From the sequence record MN871445.1: a DNA stretch of 64,000 nt; one strand, 5' to 3'. The stretch's first letter is position 1. Each line of letters opens with the position of its first letter. The notes beneath the pieces are model-generated. The model searched no databases and was not told the DNA's origin. It saw only the letters and a list, made by a program, of their open reading frames with translations. The translations under genes and the position numbers were made by a program. Positions 8,285-18,578 of this stretch are shown in pieces.

Positions 8285-10012
8285 ATGAATTATTATTATA
8301 TCGATCCAACCGCCACGTCCTCAGGTAATGGGACAATAACATCACCACATCAATCGTTTACTGCGCTGATCTCCGCAGGTATAATTCATCCATGCACTAT
8401 TTATTTGAAACGAGGGACTACGTTATGTGAAAACGCCAACTTTGGTGTATCTGGTCTGGCCAATACTACTGGGATTATGTCGTATATAGATTGCTACGGT
8501 TCCGGGCCTTTACCAATATGGTTGAATAAAAAATACGTCACCGTGGGAACCGCATTAGATGGATATACTTATAGCGGTATGCATATTACCGCACGAAATA
8601 CACAAAACATCACCATCCAAAATATTGAATTTTATACCAGGAATGACTTGACTGTGGTTGACAATAACCCCTCTTCATTCTTATGGTTGGAATTGCCAGC
8701 GGCCACTACCGAGATATCCGCTAACGTATGGGTTAACCAATGTAAGTTCCATGGTGACCCGATTATCCGTAGTGGAAAACACACGTGGTATGAATCGGTC
8801 ATTAATATAAAAGTCAATGCAAGTGCAACTAATAGGGTTAATTATTTTGGCGTACGGTATTGTGACTTTTATAACGTATCAAGGCCCATCAATATTGTCG
8901 GCAATCATTGGACGGCGGACGATATTACTAGCAATACAACTGGTACTTATTATTCCAGGGGTGTAAAAGTAGAACACTGTTCTATGGTCGGGATTTCAAA
9001 AGGCGGTTGTCAGTTTGCCGGAGTGGAAAGTAAAAACTCCGCATATGTCGTGGATGTTGACCAATCGGTTATGCGCGATATCAGCTATTCCAAATACCGA
9101 TGGGATAACGCGTTGGAAAATTCTGATACGTTGTATGCTGACGCCGGATTCTGGACTTATAGATGTAATCGGGTGATGCTTGAAAATATCCGTGGTGGTG
9201 GGATGTGGCCTTCTGTGACGGACAACGAATTAATTGATTTCGATTACCTCAGCTGGGATTGTGTTGCACGATACATTATCGGGTTCAACAACGCAGCATC
9301 AATATTGTTTATGGGGCATTCTTCTACCGCTTCTCAAGGCGGTTCTAGGGCAGCATATTCAGGTTATTCCTCAACGTATACTCCAGCGCAATGGTTTTAT
9401 GAGCGTAGAAATGGTCAGGGTAATAACATTGTTGAGTTTTGCTATTTCTTCAACGATGGGATTCAAACCGTGCCCGCCCCCTCCACTGGATATGGGGATT
9501 GCGCAAATATCCGTTCCAGGAATATAAATTATTCAAATATTGTTAGGAATTGTGTATTCATTGATACCGTGTCTACTACGATGAAATATTTGGTTTCTAA
9601 TAACAATCTTGCACTTACTGCTGGAGAGCCATACCGTCTATCTATCGAAAACTGCGTTTACTATTCCAGATACAACAATGGAATTGACCTAATAACTCCA
9701 CTCGCAAACACAACCACGTATAGTGCAACAGCGACGAAGATGACTAACATAATTGCTATGTCTGCCGCATGGGCAAGTACTAATTATGCGTCTATTCTTA
9801 GCACTTTAAGTGCTAACTGCACCACTAATAATGCTCGGATAGTCGACCCCCTATTTCGCTTCGTACCAGCCCAACCTCCAGTATCGGTGAAATCGGCATT
9901 AAAGATATCCGTGACCTCCGATTCACCCTGTATTTCTTCCGGCATATCCAGCGGTAATTTGGACATCGTGGGGAAAACGTGCTCCGATATTTTTTGGAGA
10001 TCCTTAAGTTGA
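8285..10012 (+). CDS. Beta-helix polysaccharide lyase/depolymerase-like protein without virion-anchor module
   Basis: YYIDPTATSSGNGTITSP N-terminus, IQNIEF and VRNCVF beta-helix rungs, DPLF near C-terminus. Confidence 0.65.
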   Translation: MNYYYIDPTATSSGNGTITSPHQSFTALISAGIIHPCTIYLKRGTTLCENANFGVSGLANTTGIMSYIDCYGSGPLPIWLNKKYVTVGTALDGYTYSGMHITARNTQNITIQNIEFYTRNDLTVVDNNPSSFLWLELPAATTEISANVWVNQCKFHGDPIIRSGKHTWYESVINIKVNASATNRVNYFGVRYCDFYNVSRPINIVGNHWTADDITSNTTGTYYSRGVKVEHCSMVGISKGGCQFAGVESKNSAYVVDVDQSVMRDISYSKYRWDNALENSDTLYADAGFWTYRCNRVMLENIRGGGMWPSVTDNELIDFDYLSWDCVARYIIGFNNAASILFMGHSSTASQGGSRAAYSGYSSTYTPAQWFYERRNGQGNNIVEFCYFFNDGIQTVPAPSTGYGDCANIRSRNINYSNIVRNCVFIDTVSTTMKYLVSNNNLALTAGEPYRLSIENCVYYSRYNNGIDLITPLANTTTYSATATKMTNIIAMSAAWASTNYASILSTLSANCTTNNARIVDPLFRFVPAQPPVSVKSALKISVTSDSPCISSGISSGNLDIVGKTCSDIFWRSLS

Positions 10013-10051
10013 TCAAAATAGTATGCCTGTTCTAACCCATAAACAACATAT

Positions 10052-10075
10052 GAGGCAGGGCTTTCGCCCTGCCTC
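10052..10075 (+). terminator. Rho-independent terminator
   Basis: GAGGCAGGGC-TTTC-GCCCTGCCTC plus T-tract. Confidence 0.8.
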
Positions 10076-10132
10076 TTTTATTTCGCCAGTTCCGTAGTCG
10101 GTGAGCTACGTCAAAACCAAAGGATACTGATT

Positions 10133-12166
10133 ATGGTCGCACGTGCAGTCACAAAAAAGATTACTGACTTACCTCTCTACTCACTTAATTTAAATCAAGG
10201 AAATATCCTTTATAGTGAAGGTGGTGTCGCATACCAGTATGCACTAAAAGACATGACCGACTTGATGCTAGCCCCATTATCGGTAAATTCCACTCCGGGT
10301 GCATCCTTAGTAGCCATGAAAAATGGTAGCGTAAATGATGCCATTTTATTTACCACGCCACTAAACTACGGTGGAGTACCCAATGACAATACCGTAGATA
10401 ATGCACCATTTATAGAATCAGCCCTGAATGATACTGGCTATGTTGACTTAGGTGGTCTGACTTGGTATATTAGTCGACCAATCTATATCCCATCTGGAGT
10501 TATTCTTAAAAATGGTAAATTAGTTACCTTAGCCACTAAAGACGGCTCTTTCATGTCGGGAAGTATTTTCGCCCCCGGCAATTATCATCCTGTCTATATT
10601 GACCCAGTCGTTAAAACGGCGTGCACTACCAGTAATGGAAGTTGCACCATTACTGTAGCTAGTACCGTCGGATATGCCATTGGCGACATTATTAGATTGG
10701 CTTCCGTGGTAGGGATAACAAATGGTGTTGATGGATTTATTCCAAAATACATGCAGCTAGCTCGGGTATTGGCTGTTAGTTCAACAAGTTTAACCATTGA
10801 TTCCCCCGTAGAAACTAGTTTATCTCTGGTCATGCATCAAGCTAATTTACCGTTATATCTCGGCAGATTTAATAAATCCCTTTACGTATGTACCGATTCA
10901 ATTATTCGAGATATTGAGATAGATACTTGGGATTACTGGACAGCGGATAGTGCTACTTATAACTGTATTTTTGAAAATATCAGCGGTCACGCAAAGTCGG
11001 TAGTTTATGGTAATACCTTTTGCCGTACGTTGTTCAATAATATCAATATTTCATTTAGAAATAAAGCATGTGAATTAGCTTATGGTTCGCACGATACACT
11101 TTTAAGAAAAATAGGATTCCGACCGGCAGCAGATTGGATATCTACCAATTCTATTGGCGTATCTTTGGCCGAGTCTGGAAGAAACTGTGTTATTGATACT
11201 TTTGATTTCTTTTTAAGTCAAGAAGCAACACTATCTACCATTTTTCGAGTATCATCCCACTCCGGCGTAAAAATACGTAATGGTAAAATACGCCTTTATT
11301 CTAACTCAAACAACATTTTGGCTGTTGAACACTATGGCGGTGACCGTGCAGAATGTATGGACATTTTGTACGAAAATATCGACATTAGCATCAATGGCTC
11401 GGCAGCAGTTATTTGCGATGTCTATAAACAGACGGATGATGCTGTATTAAGCAACGCGGCATTTAAGAATATAAAATATACCGGCGCGGTTCCAAGTGTG
11501 GCATTAATTCGACAGCGAGGCACTGCAGCCAATCCAGTTACTTATGTTTCTGGTACGGTAACCTCTGATGTTGGTGGGAGTTTTGTGGTCTCAAATGCCA
11601 ATACATTTGATTTTAAATTGTACGGGCCAATAACCATCCCATCCCTAGTCTCCACTGCTACTCTGGGTAAGTTGGAATTAATTAACACAAACAGAACCGC
11701 CGCCAAGTCCCAAAATTACGTATCAGAATCAATTACTACGGTAACTGGGACTGACATTACTAATGTAATAAAAGGATTTACTTACCCCGCAGGATCTTTA
11801 AGAACTTCCGATACAATTCAATTTACCTATGCTGGCAGTTTCGGTGGTTTGTTGGGGACAAAGAATGCCGTAATAAGTATGGTTGGTTCTGATGCTACAA
11901 CTTACACCATCCAGATGAATGCCACTGCTGCACAACAGGGGTATTATTCAATAACCGGTGAGGTATCGTTCCCCAGCAGTGTATACTGTTTGATAACTGC
12001 GAATATCGTTAACAGTGGGGTGGTAACGGCATCTAGGATGTTAGTTCCAATAACTGATTTGGCCAGCGGCGCATTCACTATTAATTTTATCGCATACAAA
12101 TCGGTAGCTGGTGATGGCATGTCTGTGCAAAAAATAAAATGGCGGCTATTTGACGTATTATCATAA
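10133..12166 (+). CDS. Tailspike / depolymerase-like protein
   Basis: KKITDLPLY anchor, GASLVA neck, YGGVPNDNTVDNAPFIESAL beta-helix cap. Confidence 0.85.
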   Translation: MVARAVTKKITDLPLYSLNLNQGNILYSEGGVAYQYALKDMTDLMLAPLSVNSTPGASLVAMKNGSVNDAILFTTPLNYGGVPNDNTVDNAPFIESALNDTGYVDLGGLTWYISRPIYIPSGVILKNGKLVTLATKDGSFMSGSIFAPGNYHPVYIDPVVKTACTTSNGSCTITVASTVGYAIGDIIRLASVVGITNGVDGFIPKYMQLARVLAVSSTSLTIDSPVETSLSLVMHQANLPLYLGRFNKSLYVCTDSIIRDIEIDTWDYWTADSATYNCIFENISGHAKSVVYGNTFCRTLFNNINISFRNKACELAYGSHDTLLRKIGFRPAADWISTNSIGVSLAESGRNCVIDTFDFFLSQEATLSTIFRVSSHSGVKIRNGKIRLYSNSNNILAVEHYGGDRAECMDILYENIDISINGSAAVICDVYKQTDDAVLSNAAFKNIKYTGAVPSVALIRQRGTAANPVTYVSGTVTSDVGGSFVVSNANTFDFKLYGPITIPSLVSTATLGKLELINTNRTAAKSQNYVSESITTVTGTDITNVIKGFTYPAGSLRTSDTIQFTYAGSFGGLLGTKNAVISMVGSDATTYTIQMNATAAQQGYYSITGEVSFPSSVYCLITANIVNSGVVTASRMLVPITDLASGAFTINFIAYKSVAGDGMSVQKIKWRLFDVLS

Positions 12167-12189
12167 AACGCGAGATACTGGGGTGTGTA

Positions 12190-12711
12190 ATGTCCTCAAA
12201 CTTCTATATTGTCGACTTATCTTTACCGGCCACCGAACTCGTTTATGGTCTTATCAACAATGATAACGATACGAATTACGGGCCAGACAAAGTAACCCTC
12301 GGTGAAGTATCTGCCGTCCCAAGCGAAACTCCACGCAACAGTACGTTGACCCTTTCGAGGGTCAACTATCCACTCATGACTCTCGATATTTTCTATGACC
12401 GGCTAACCTTTGCCGAAGTCATTGATTCTGATTACCCTATCGTTATAAGTCGTGAGGCTGGAGATACTACCACCTGGGATTTAATCAATGGGGTTAATGA
12501 AGGGCTGGGGTTTGGGTTGGTGCCGGCTGATATCGTTAACGCTGTTCTCGATCTGGGTGACCCCAACGTTATTCTTGAGGCAGGTGAAAAGTCCTATGCG
12601 TGGCTTGGGGAAATACCTGTATTGTATTTGGAACCCGGAGAAATCGCCTTCCAGATAAATGACGGTGATTTGCTTTATCTTGATGACGATACCATCATGG
12701 TGGGAAATTAA
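12190..12711 (+). CDS. Virion structural/adaptor protein (paralog of 3525)
   Basis: LVYGLINNDN, FYDRL, SYAWLGEIP, acidic/hydrophobic C-terminus. Confidence 0.7.
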   Translation: MSSNFYIVDLSLPATELVYGLINNDNDTNYGPDKVTLGEVSAVPSETPRNSTLTLSRVNYPLMTLDIFYDRLTFAEVIDSDYPIVISREAGDTTTWDLINGVNEGLGFGLVPADIVNAVLDLGDPNVILEAGEKSYAWLGEIPVLYLEPGEIAFQINDGDLLYLDDDTIMVGN

Positions 12712-12713
12712 TT

Positions 12714-15191
12714 ATGTCTACTAAAGTAGTGAAAAAGAAACTCACGGACCTGCCCGTGTACGTGCAGACTACTGCTAGTTCGGGTTCCCTTCATTATCGT
12801 GAAGGAAATGTCGATTACCAATTTCCGATCACTTCTATACTTACGCCTATATCTCTCGGGGCCGTAGATGGTTACAAGTATATTGGTCAAGTAACATCAT
12901 TTGCAGCACTTAGAAGCCTATCTCCGACCGCCGAAGGCGCTAGAATTAAACTACGCGAATATGCGGTTGGTACTGGTATGGGTGGTGGGGATTTCATCGG
13001 ACATATCGGAACAGCAACCGATGACTCCGGCACTATTGCGGTTGGGACGGGTTATTACTGGAAACGTGTAATTGATGTCCCAGGCGTAATTGATGCCACT
13101 TGGTTTGGTGTGACCAATGATGGTGTTTCTTCGGCACAGGCCATTAGTTTGGCGTTGGACTATATTTCTGTAACTGGGGGGATTTTGAGATTCCCTTCGG
13201 GGGAAATAAACTGGGGGACCCTGAGAAAAGTCATTAACTATTCAACCTCGTTGGTGTCTTTTACCATAGAAGGTATGGGTGACTCTACTCTATTTTCTTA
13301 TGATGATGTCCCACCACCCACATTACCCGCGGGCAGTAATTGGGTAAAAGAATCCCCCTTATTGTCATTTATTGGCAATAACGGGACCCAATGCATTCCA
13401 CCGATTACTTTACAAAAATTCAGAATGGATTACTCTCGCCAGGTAAATAAGGGAGGGAATACATTAGAGACTTTGGGGATTACACACCCCACGCCATATT
13501 CCCTGGGGGTTTGGGGATTTTACTTCATGTATGCTGACTCGCCCTACATTAATCGGGTTAAAATGTCGAACATATATGGTGATGGTATTTTCATCAGAAA
13601 ATCATTTACCCCGCGCGTTCAAGATTGTCACTTTTATAATGTCTCCGCTGGGAACATTATTGCAAGAACTGATGGGAACATGGCGTCAGATTCTAACGGA
13701 GGTGCTGTCTTCATATGGGCGTGCGTTGGTGGCGTTGTGGATGGGTGTGTTGCGTGGAACCAACGTTTATATCAAGTGCACGTCAATTCGACCGACAACG
13801 GTACGGATGTTTATGGTACTTTGTGTGGGTATATTGGATTTTGGACCGAATATCCGTGGGACCAAAACCTGACCGCGACTACTCCGGAAACGGCACCGCC
13901 TCGAGTTAACGGGTTTATTACGACGGCGAACGTTACGACCAATAATTACGATAATGAAGCCAAAGGTTGCACGATTAGCAATTGTACTGTTTATGGTTAC
14001 ACTATCGGAATTAAATCCGAGGGTCAGAACGAAACCAATATCACCAATAACTTGGTTTTAAACTGCTATCTTCCTCTTTTCCCGGCAAGTACTCGAGCGA
14101 CGATTTCCAATAACTTTACGGACATGCTTTATTGTGATAATAGGAAATGCCCTCAAGGTGGTTATGAGAGTATTCGTGCTCATTTAGTTAGCCACAATTA
14201 TTCTACTTATGATGATGGGATGCGTCGGGGAGTAGAATTCAAAGGTAATAAATGCTATTGTACGAATTACCCAGCAATCCGCTCTAACCGTGCAGGTACT
14301 CTGTTTGATTCCAACATGTTTAGATTCTCTCGGGGAACGGCATTTCTATTCGATGTTACGATCAATACTTTGAAAAAAGGAGTAGTTCTGCGAGACAATA
14401 CCTTTTTCATCGATTCTACCATTTCTGGGGTAACTACTTCAAATGTGGCCTATCAAGATGGTATTGTATTTGCCGGTAATAGGTTTGTCAACAACTCGTC
14501 GCAGGTGGTTACTATTGCCTTTAGGAACAGCAGTACCGATGTTCGCGTAGATGATAATACGTTTGAAGGTGCGTTTTTCTTTGCTTTACAATGTTCGGGA
14601 ACCGTGGAAAAAAATATTTTTGATGTTAACACGGCCGTTGGTGGGGTCTACCAAACTACCGTTGTTTTCCAGGCCACGGCTAGGGGGACCATCCGGAACA
14701 ACACCTTCCGACTTAATACGGCAGTAACGACCGCACAAATATCATTAGGTGCGGATAACATCCGATTTGATGGTAATGAAATCTCGTTTAAAGATACCGG
14801 TGCTGGAACTGCGTTGGCGCTTATTTATTCCGAGTCTAGTGCAGCGGGATTGGTACTTCAAAACAATAAAATATTAACTAACCCTTATGCTTTACCTATG
14901 TTTTATTTGTATGGGTCCCATTATCCGACCATCATTGGGAATAGCAATCCACTTGGTGCTGGCATCCGCTACGGAAGTCAGATTTACGCACCGATTACTT
15001 TGGATAGAAATTTATTTTCCACGCCATTTTCTAACCTTACTACGGAGAAAAACAATGCAGCTAATTTTTCTTCTAAGGCGATATCGTATCAGGGATTAAA
15101 AATGCCATACTTATTCCCGGTAGCTGGAGGGGCGGAAGGGGTAGTTTATACTCCAACTGGATGGAAAACATACGGTAGCATCTCAGCATAA
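12714..15191 (+). CDS. Tailspike / depolymerase-like protein
   Basis: KKLTDLPVY anchor, LGAVDGYKYIG, DDSGTI, WFGV..DG, GEINW beta-helix features. Confidence 0.85.
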   Translation: MSTKVVKKKLTDLPVYVQTTASSGSLHYREGNVDYQFPITSILTPISLGAVDGYKYIGQVTSFAALRSLSPTAEGARIKLREYAVGTGMGGGDFIGHIGTATDDSGTIAVGTGYYWKRVIDVPGVIDATWFGVTNDGVSSAQAISLALDYISVTGGILRFPSGEINWGTLRKVINYSTSLVSFTIEGMGDSTLFSYDDVPPPTLPAGSNWVKESPLLSFIGNNGTQCIPPITLQKFRMDYSRQVNKGGNTLETLGITHPTPYSLGVWGFYFMYADSPYINRVKMSNIYGDGIFIRKSFTPRVQDCHFYNVSAGNIIARTDGNMASDSNGGAVFIWACVGGVVDGCVAWNQRLYQVHVNSTDNGTDVYGTLCGYIGFWTEYPWDQNLTATTPETAPPRVNGFITTANVTTNNYDNEAKGCTISNCTVYGYTIGIKSEGQNETNITNNLVLNCYLPLFPASTRATISNNFTDMLYCDNRKCPQGGYESIRAHLVSHNYSTYDDGMRRGVEFKGNKCYCTNYPAIRSNRAGTLFDSNMFRFSRGTAFLFDVTINTLKKGVVLRDNTFFIDSTISGVTTSNVAYQDGIVFAGNRFVNNSSQVVTIAFRNSSTDVRVDDNTFEGAFFFALQCSGTVEKNIFDVNTAVGGVYQTTVVFQATARGTIRNNTFRLNTAVTTAQISLGADNIRFDGNEISFKDTGAGTALALIYSESSAAGLVLQNNKILTNPYALPMFYLYGSHYPTIIGNSNPLGAGIRYGSQIYAPITLDRNLFSTPFSNLTTEKNNAANFSSKAISYQGLKMPYLFPVAGGAEGVVYTPTGWKTYGSISA

Positions 15192-15195
15192 ATCC

Positions 15196-15220
15196 AGGAT
15201 GGAGGGATTCCCTCCATCCT
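15196..15220 (+). terminator. Hairpin ending the tail locus
   Basis: AGGATGGAGGG-ATT-CCCTCCATCCT then TTATGCC. Confidence 0.8.
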
Positions 15221-15256
15221 TTATGCCGTCCATTATAAATAAAAAAATATCACGCC

Positions 15257-15264
15257 TATATTAC
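15257..15264 (+). promoter_or_regulatory. phiKZ-type early promoter element TATATTAC
   Basis: Exact octamer, A-rich upstream, intergenic before 15314. Confidence 0.7.
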
Positions 15265-15313
15265 TGTACTGACGTATGGTTCTTTCTTTTATTTAACGGG
15301 ATATGTAATTAAA

Positions 15314-15817
15314 ATGAAATTAGCTATTGTAAGTGTAATGGTTATGTCTTTTGGATTGGTTGGTTGTAACGCAAACACGGACGCCACCATTACGCAAACA
15401 GGTAAAGTAATATCAATAGCAACCTGCACCAAAACACAATGTGAAGCTCTTGTAGCAGTAAACGGTGGTGATTGGGAATACAGCATAGTAGATGCTGCCG
15501 TTACACCCAATACGGTTGTGTCTCGCACTTGCGTTGAAGAAGAGGGGTATCAGCGCTGCTCTCCAGTATGGGTATCTACCGGTAAAAAAGTAGCAAGTGA
15601 CGTTATGTTACATCGCAATATTGAGGCAGCAAAACCAGATACAATTATTATGAATTCTGGCAATCCAAACCACGCAACTTCACGCAATCAGAAGCACCAT
15701 GACTTTATGGTCCAAGTGGCCAACGATAGTAGCTTCGCTGCAAAATACCATGTAGAACAACGCATAGCTCGAGATTATCTTGCTGCCGATGCGGCGGCTG
15801 GACTGTATCAAAATTAG
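15314..15817 (+). CDS. Putative lipoprotein
   Basis: Hydrophobic N-terminus with LVGC lipobox. Confidence 0.6.
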   Translation: MKLAIVSVMVMSFGLVGCNANTDATITQTGKVISIATCTKTQCEALVAVNGGDWEYSIVDAAVTPNTVVSRTCVEEEGYQRCSPVWVSTGKKVASDVMLHRNIEAAKPDTIIMNSGNPNHATSRNQKHHDFMVQVANDSSFAAKYHVEQRIARDYLAADAAAGLYQN

Positions 15818-15827
15818 TGAGGTAGAT

Positions 15828-16271
15828 ATGAAGCCTTTAGAGGTTGGCTGTTTAGCAATCATGTTGCGGGGGGATAACTGCGGTAAGGTGGTGACTTGCT
15901 TGGCTAGAATAACCCCACCCGCAGTAGTAAATCTGCAGTTGGCCGGTACTTATCATCATGGGGTTCAGTTTGAGGTTAGTGATACAGACTCCGATGGTAA
16001 GGTATGGGCGGTTAGCGGGGATATCACGGCTAGAGGTACTTTTCCAGGCAATTCTGTGGAGAATCGCTTAATTGAAATCTATGCAGAAAACTTAAAATGT
16101 AATGGGATGTACCCGAGCAAATGGTTAATGCGGATTGATGATGATTCCGACGTTACGGGAGAGTCTAATCCATATGTTCAAAAGCTCCAGGATGACGCCA
16201 CAAAAAAGAAACCATTGGTACCTCTCATTTTTAGTAAATTTGGCCCACATCCCTTTTTTAAGCACCCTTAA
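15828..16271 (+). CDS. Hypothetical protein (paralog of 34520)
   Basis: GAGG RBS; MKPLEVGCLA...WLMRIDDD resembles MRPLKPGMLA...NLMPLEDDD. Confidence 0.6.
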   Translation: MKPLEVGCLAIMLRGDNCGKVVTCLARITPPAVVNLQLAGTYHHGVQFEVSDTDSDGKVWAVSGDITARGTFPGNSVENRLIEIYAENLKCNGMYPSKWLMRIDDDSDVTGESNPYVQKLQDDATKKKPLVPLIFSKFGPHPFFKHP

Positions 16272-16280
16272 GGTAAATCC

Positions 16281-17048
16281 ATGAGTAAAAAACAAAACAA
16301 TGTCGGACCGAACGGACGTTCAGTGTTAAGCCTACGCCCTCTGGAACAAAAAGTAGAGAAAACTCTAGATGAGGTTTCGGAACGGTTAACTAAGCACCCC
16401 CAGAACACAGGAACCACACATACCCAGGATGCAGGAACCTCGACTCGGTCACCGTCAGACCTTCCCGCAACCCACAAAACTGAACCATCACCAGAGGTGG
16501 TCTGGGACCAGATAGCAAATGTTCCAGAAAAGTTTTCTCCCGGACTGAGAGGGAGTTTATTGGACCGGCCTGAAACTGAGTCTCTACCGCCCTTCACACC
16601 GCCAGTCAAGATTGAGTCGGAAGTCACCCCATCACAATCAATTGGATATGTTTATGTGATTATCCACAAGACTTCAGTGGCTGTGTTTGAAACACCCAAT
16701 GAAGTCACTCCAGGTAGAATCAAATCCATCATAACCAGTTCGTTATCCGGGGGCGTATTTGGGTTAGATGTTGTGGGGCGTTGGGCGACATTAGCCATAG
16801 ATGCTACTCGTGAGTTGACCGCGGTTAAGGCCGTATTGGATGGCAAGGTCGAAAGCCTAAACGGTCAATACCATATCTGGTCTAAAAGCGTGGCTGAAGC
16901 GGTTATCAACGATATGGTTGCAACCGGCCAGTGGGTGAAAATGCCGACCAACTATATGAATTCGGTGGACGATAAAGAACTGTGTCCGGTTCTTCGATTC
17001 ACCCACGTGGAGAATAAAAATGCCCTCAGTCAGCCAAAAACAACATAA
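16281..17048 (+). CDS. Hypothetical protein
   Basis: ORF with RBS in co-directional array. Confidence 0.6.
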   Translation: MSKKQNNVGPNGRSVLSLRPLEQKVEKTLDEVSERLTKHPQNTGTTHTQDAGTSTRSPSDLPATHKTEPSPEVVWDQIANVPEKFSPGLRGSLLDRPETESLPPFTPPVKIESEVTPSQSIGYVYVIIHKTSVAVFETPNEVTPGRIKSIITSSLSGGVFGLDVVGRWATLAIDATRELTAVKAVLDGKVESLNGQYHIWSKSVAEAVINDMVATGQWVKMPTNYMNSVDDKELCPVLRFTHVENKNALSQPKTT

Positions 17049-17178
17049 TTTGATGGAGGCCGTGGCTCACTCAAAAGAGTTTGCTAAAAAGGTTGGCATT
17101 CCTCAATCGGTAGGTAAGGACTTCGTTGCTGCCGATGAAAAGAAAGCCAAAAAGAAAAACGGCTCTAAGAAGTGGTAA
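17020..17178 (+). CDS. Small basic phage protein (52 aa, not in ORF track)
   Basis: MPSVSQKQHNLMEAVAHSKEFAKKVGIPQSVGKDFVAADEKKAKKKNGSKKW; GGAGA RBS; terminator follows. Confidence 0.75.
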   Translation: MPSVSQKQHNLMEAVAHSKEFAKKVGIPQSVGKDFVAADEKKAKKKNGSKKW

Positions 17179-17183
17179 ATCCT

Positions 17184-17203
17184 GGGAGGGTGAAAGCCCT
17201 CCC
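17184..17203 (+). terminator. Hairpin
   Basis: GGGAGGGT-GAAA-GCCCTCCC then AAATATGCC; same sequence at 32470. Confidence 0.75.
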
Positions 17204-17266
17204 AAATATGCCGTATATTTTTTACGGATGGTTTTGATATTCTGTAATCTAGCCGGAGTAATACAA

Positions 17267-18517
17267 ATGACAGAAGAGATAACGTACAACGAAGAGATTG
17301 AAAACTTCTATCTCGATGAATTGATTCGCATGCCTGATGGGTGGTTTACCGAAACAGAATTGAATTTGCTGACATCGTGGCTGGCAAAGCACGCAGCAGA
17401 AATTGATTCCAACACCATCATGGCATCTGATGACTGGTTAGTGTTGGGTGAACGCAGTCGTTATGTGCAGCGTGGTGGGTGGATTACTGAGGATTACAAT
17501 CCCCGATTGCTATCTGCGTTCTTCAATATCGTTCGCGGTGAAGGTATTTCCCCTATCTATGATGAACCGGGAAACTGGATAGATGATAGCAATACCCCAT
17601 ATCTCAGTGGTTCTGGGCACCATAAACATTTTCCAGCCATCAAATATCACACCACCATGGACGGTGTAGTCAGAACGTGGCCCTTCGGTGCTTTGCGAGC
17701 ATTCCCTAGCCGGAATAACTATTTCTGGCATACCGTATGGACACATGCTAATCCGGCACCGGAATTTCCATTCAATCCGTTGACCCGGCCGGAAGTAACT
17801 TTCTTTACTGATCAAAGCATGACCGAAGAAATTCACCTGAGCTTCGGTGGCAGCCCAGCACAGTGGTTATCCGATCGCTTTGCTCGTTTATGTCGTGGTT
17901 ACATCAGCGACACCGGGGGTATCCCGATCGCCAATCGGGTTGGTACTTATCAGGCCGTCGTCATCGTCCGTAAAACGATGTATGAGTTGATTGATGAAGG
18001 GCATTTTCAAACAACTGAATCCAGGGAAGATTTCATGGCGATGATGCTGAATGCCATGTTGATGGAAATCCCTGAGGAGGAATTATCAAACACTCCTCTG
18101 AAAACGGTTTATGATAAACTGGGTTCACCTCGAATATCTCGCCAGGCGTGGGGTAAGCTACTGGCAGTTATTTCTAGATTACCTGCGGGCTTGCGAATTG
18201 AAGGCAATGGCATGATCAGCGCGGCCGGTACTAAAGCAACCTACGACATTACCGTCAACCCGGTGATGTTTTATGTTGATAAAGTAGACGGCGTGCATGT
18301 GTTATCGGAAGGTAATTTCAGGGAACATGGTAAAATGTATACGCTGACGGTAAACAACCGGTCGATACCTTCCCAGTTCCCCCCGTTCACGCAATTCAAG
18401 ATCGTGAATGGCAGTTATCAACTCGAACCTTTTGCCTATCTCGGTCCGGCTTATTCGGTCACTGCAGAACCACATCCAATCTTTAACGGTAAATTACTTG
18501 ATGCTTGGCCTTGGTAA
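17267..18517 (+). CDS. Hypothetical protein
   Basis: GGAG RBS before ATG 17267; the longer called start overlaps the 17020 gene and terminator. Confidence 0.7.
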   Translation: MTEEITYNEEIENFYLDELIRMPDGWFTETELNLLTSWLAKHAAEIDSNTIMASDDWLVLGERSRYVQRGGWITEDYNPRLLSAFFNIVRGEGISPIYDEPGNWIDDSNTPYLSGSGHHKHFPAIKYHTTMDGVVRTWPFGALRAFPSRNNYFWHTVWTHANPAPEFPFNPLTRPEVTFFTDQSMTEEIHLSFGGSPAQWLSDRFARLCRGYISDTGGIPIANRVGTYQAVVIVRKTMYELIDEGHFQTTESREDFMAMMLNAMLMEIPEEELSNTPLKTVYDKLGSPRISRQAWGKLLAVISRLPAGLRIEGNGMISAAGTKATYDITVNPVMFYVDKVDGVHVLSEGNFREHGKMYTLTVNNRSIPSQFPPFTQFKIVNGSYQLEPFAYLGPAYSVTAEPHPIFNGKLLDAWPW

Positions 18518-18578
18518 TTTACGGTAATGCCCACGTAGTTATATTTATTTCATTTTCGAACATATAAAGGAAATCACC

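Noticed and set aside
966-15191. Diversity-generating retroelement acting on tail genes
   Set aside because: No reverse transcriptase and no TR/VR pair with adenine-specific mismatches seen; the only long repeat has one mismatch and contains the invertase site.
17126-17266. 5' extension of the 463-aa ORF
   Set aside because: Overlaps the 17020 gene and its terminator; RBS supports 17267.
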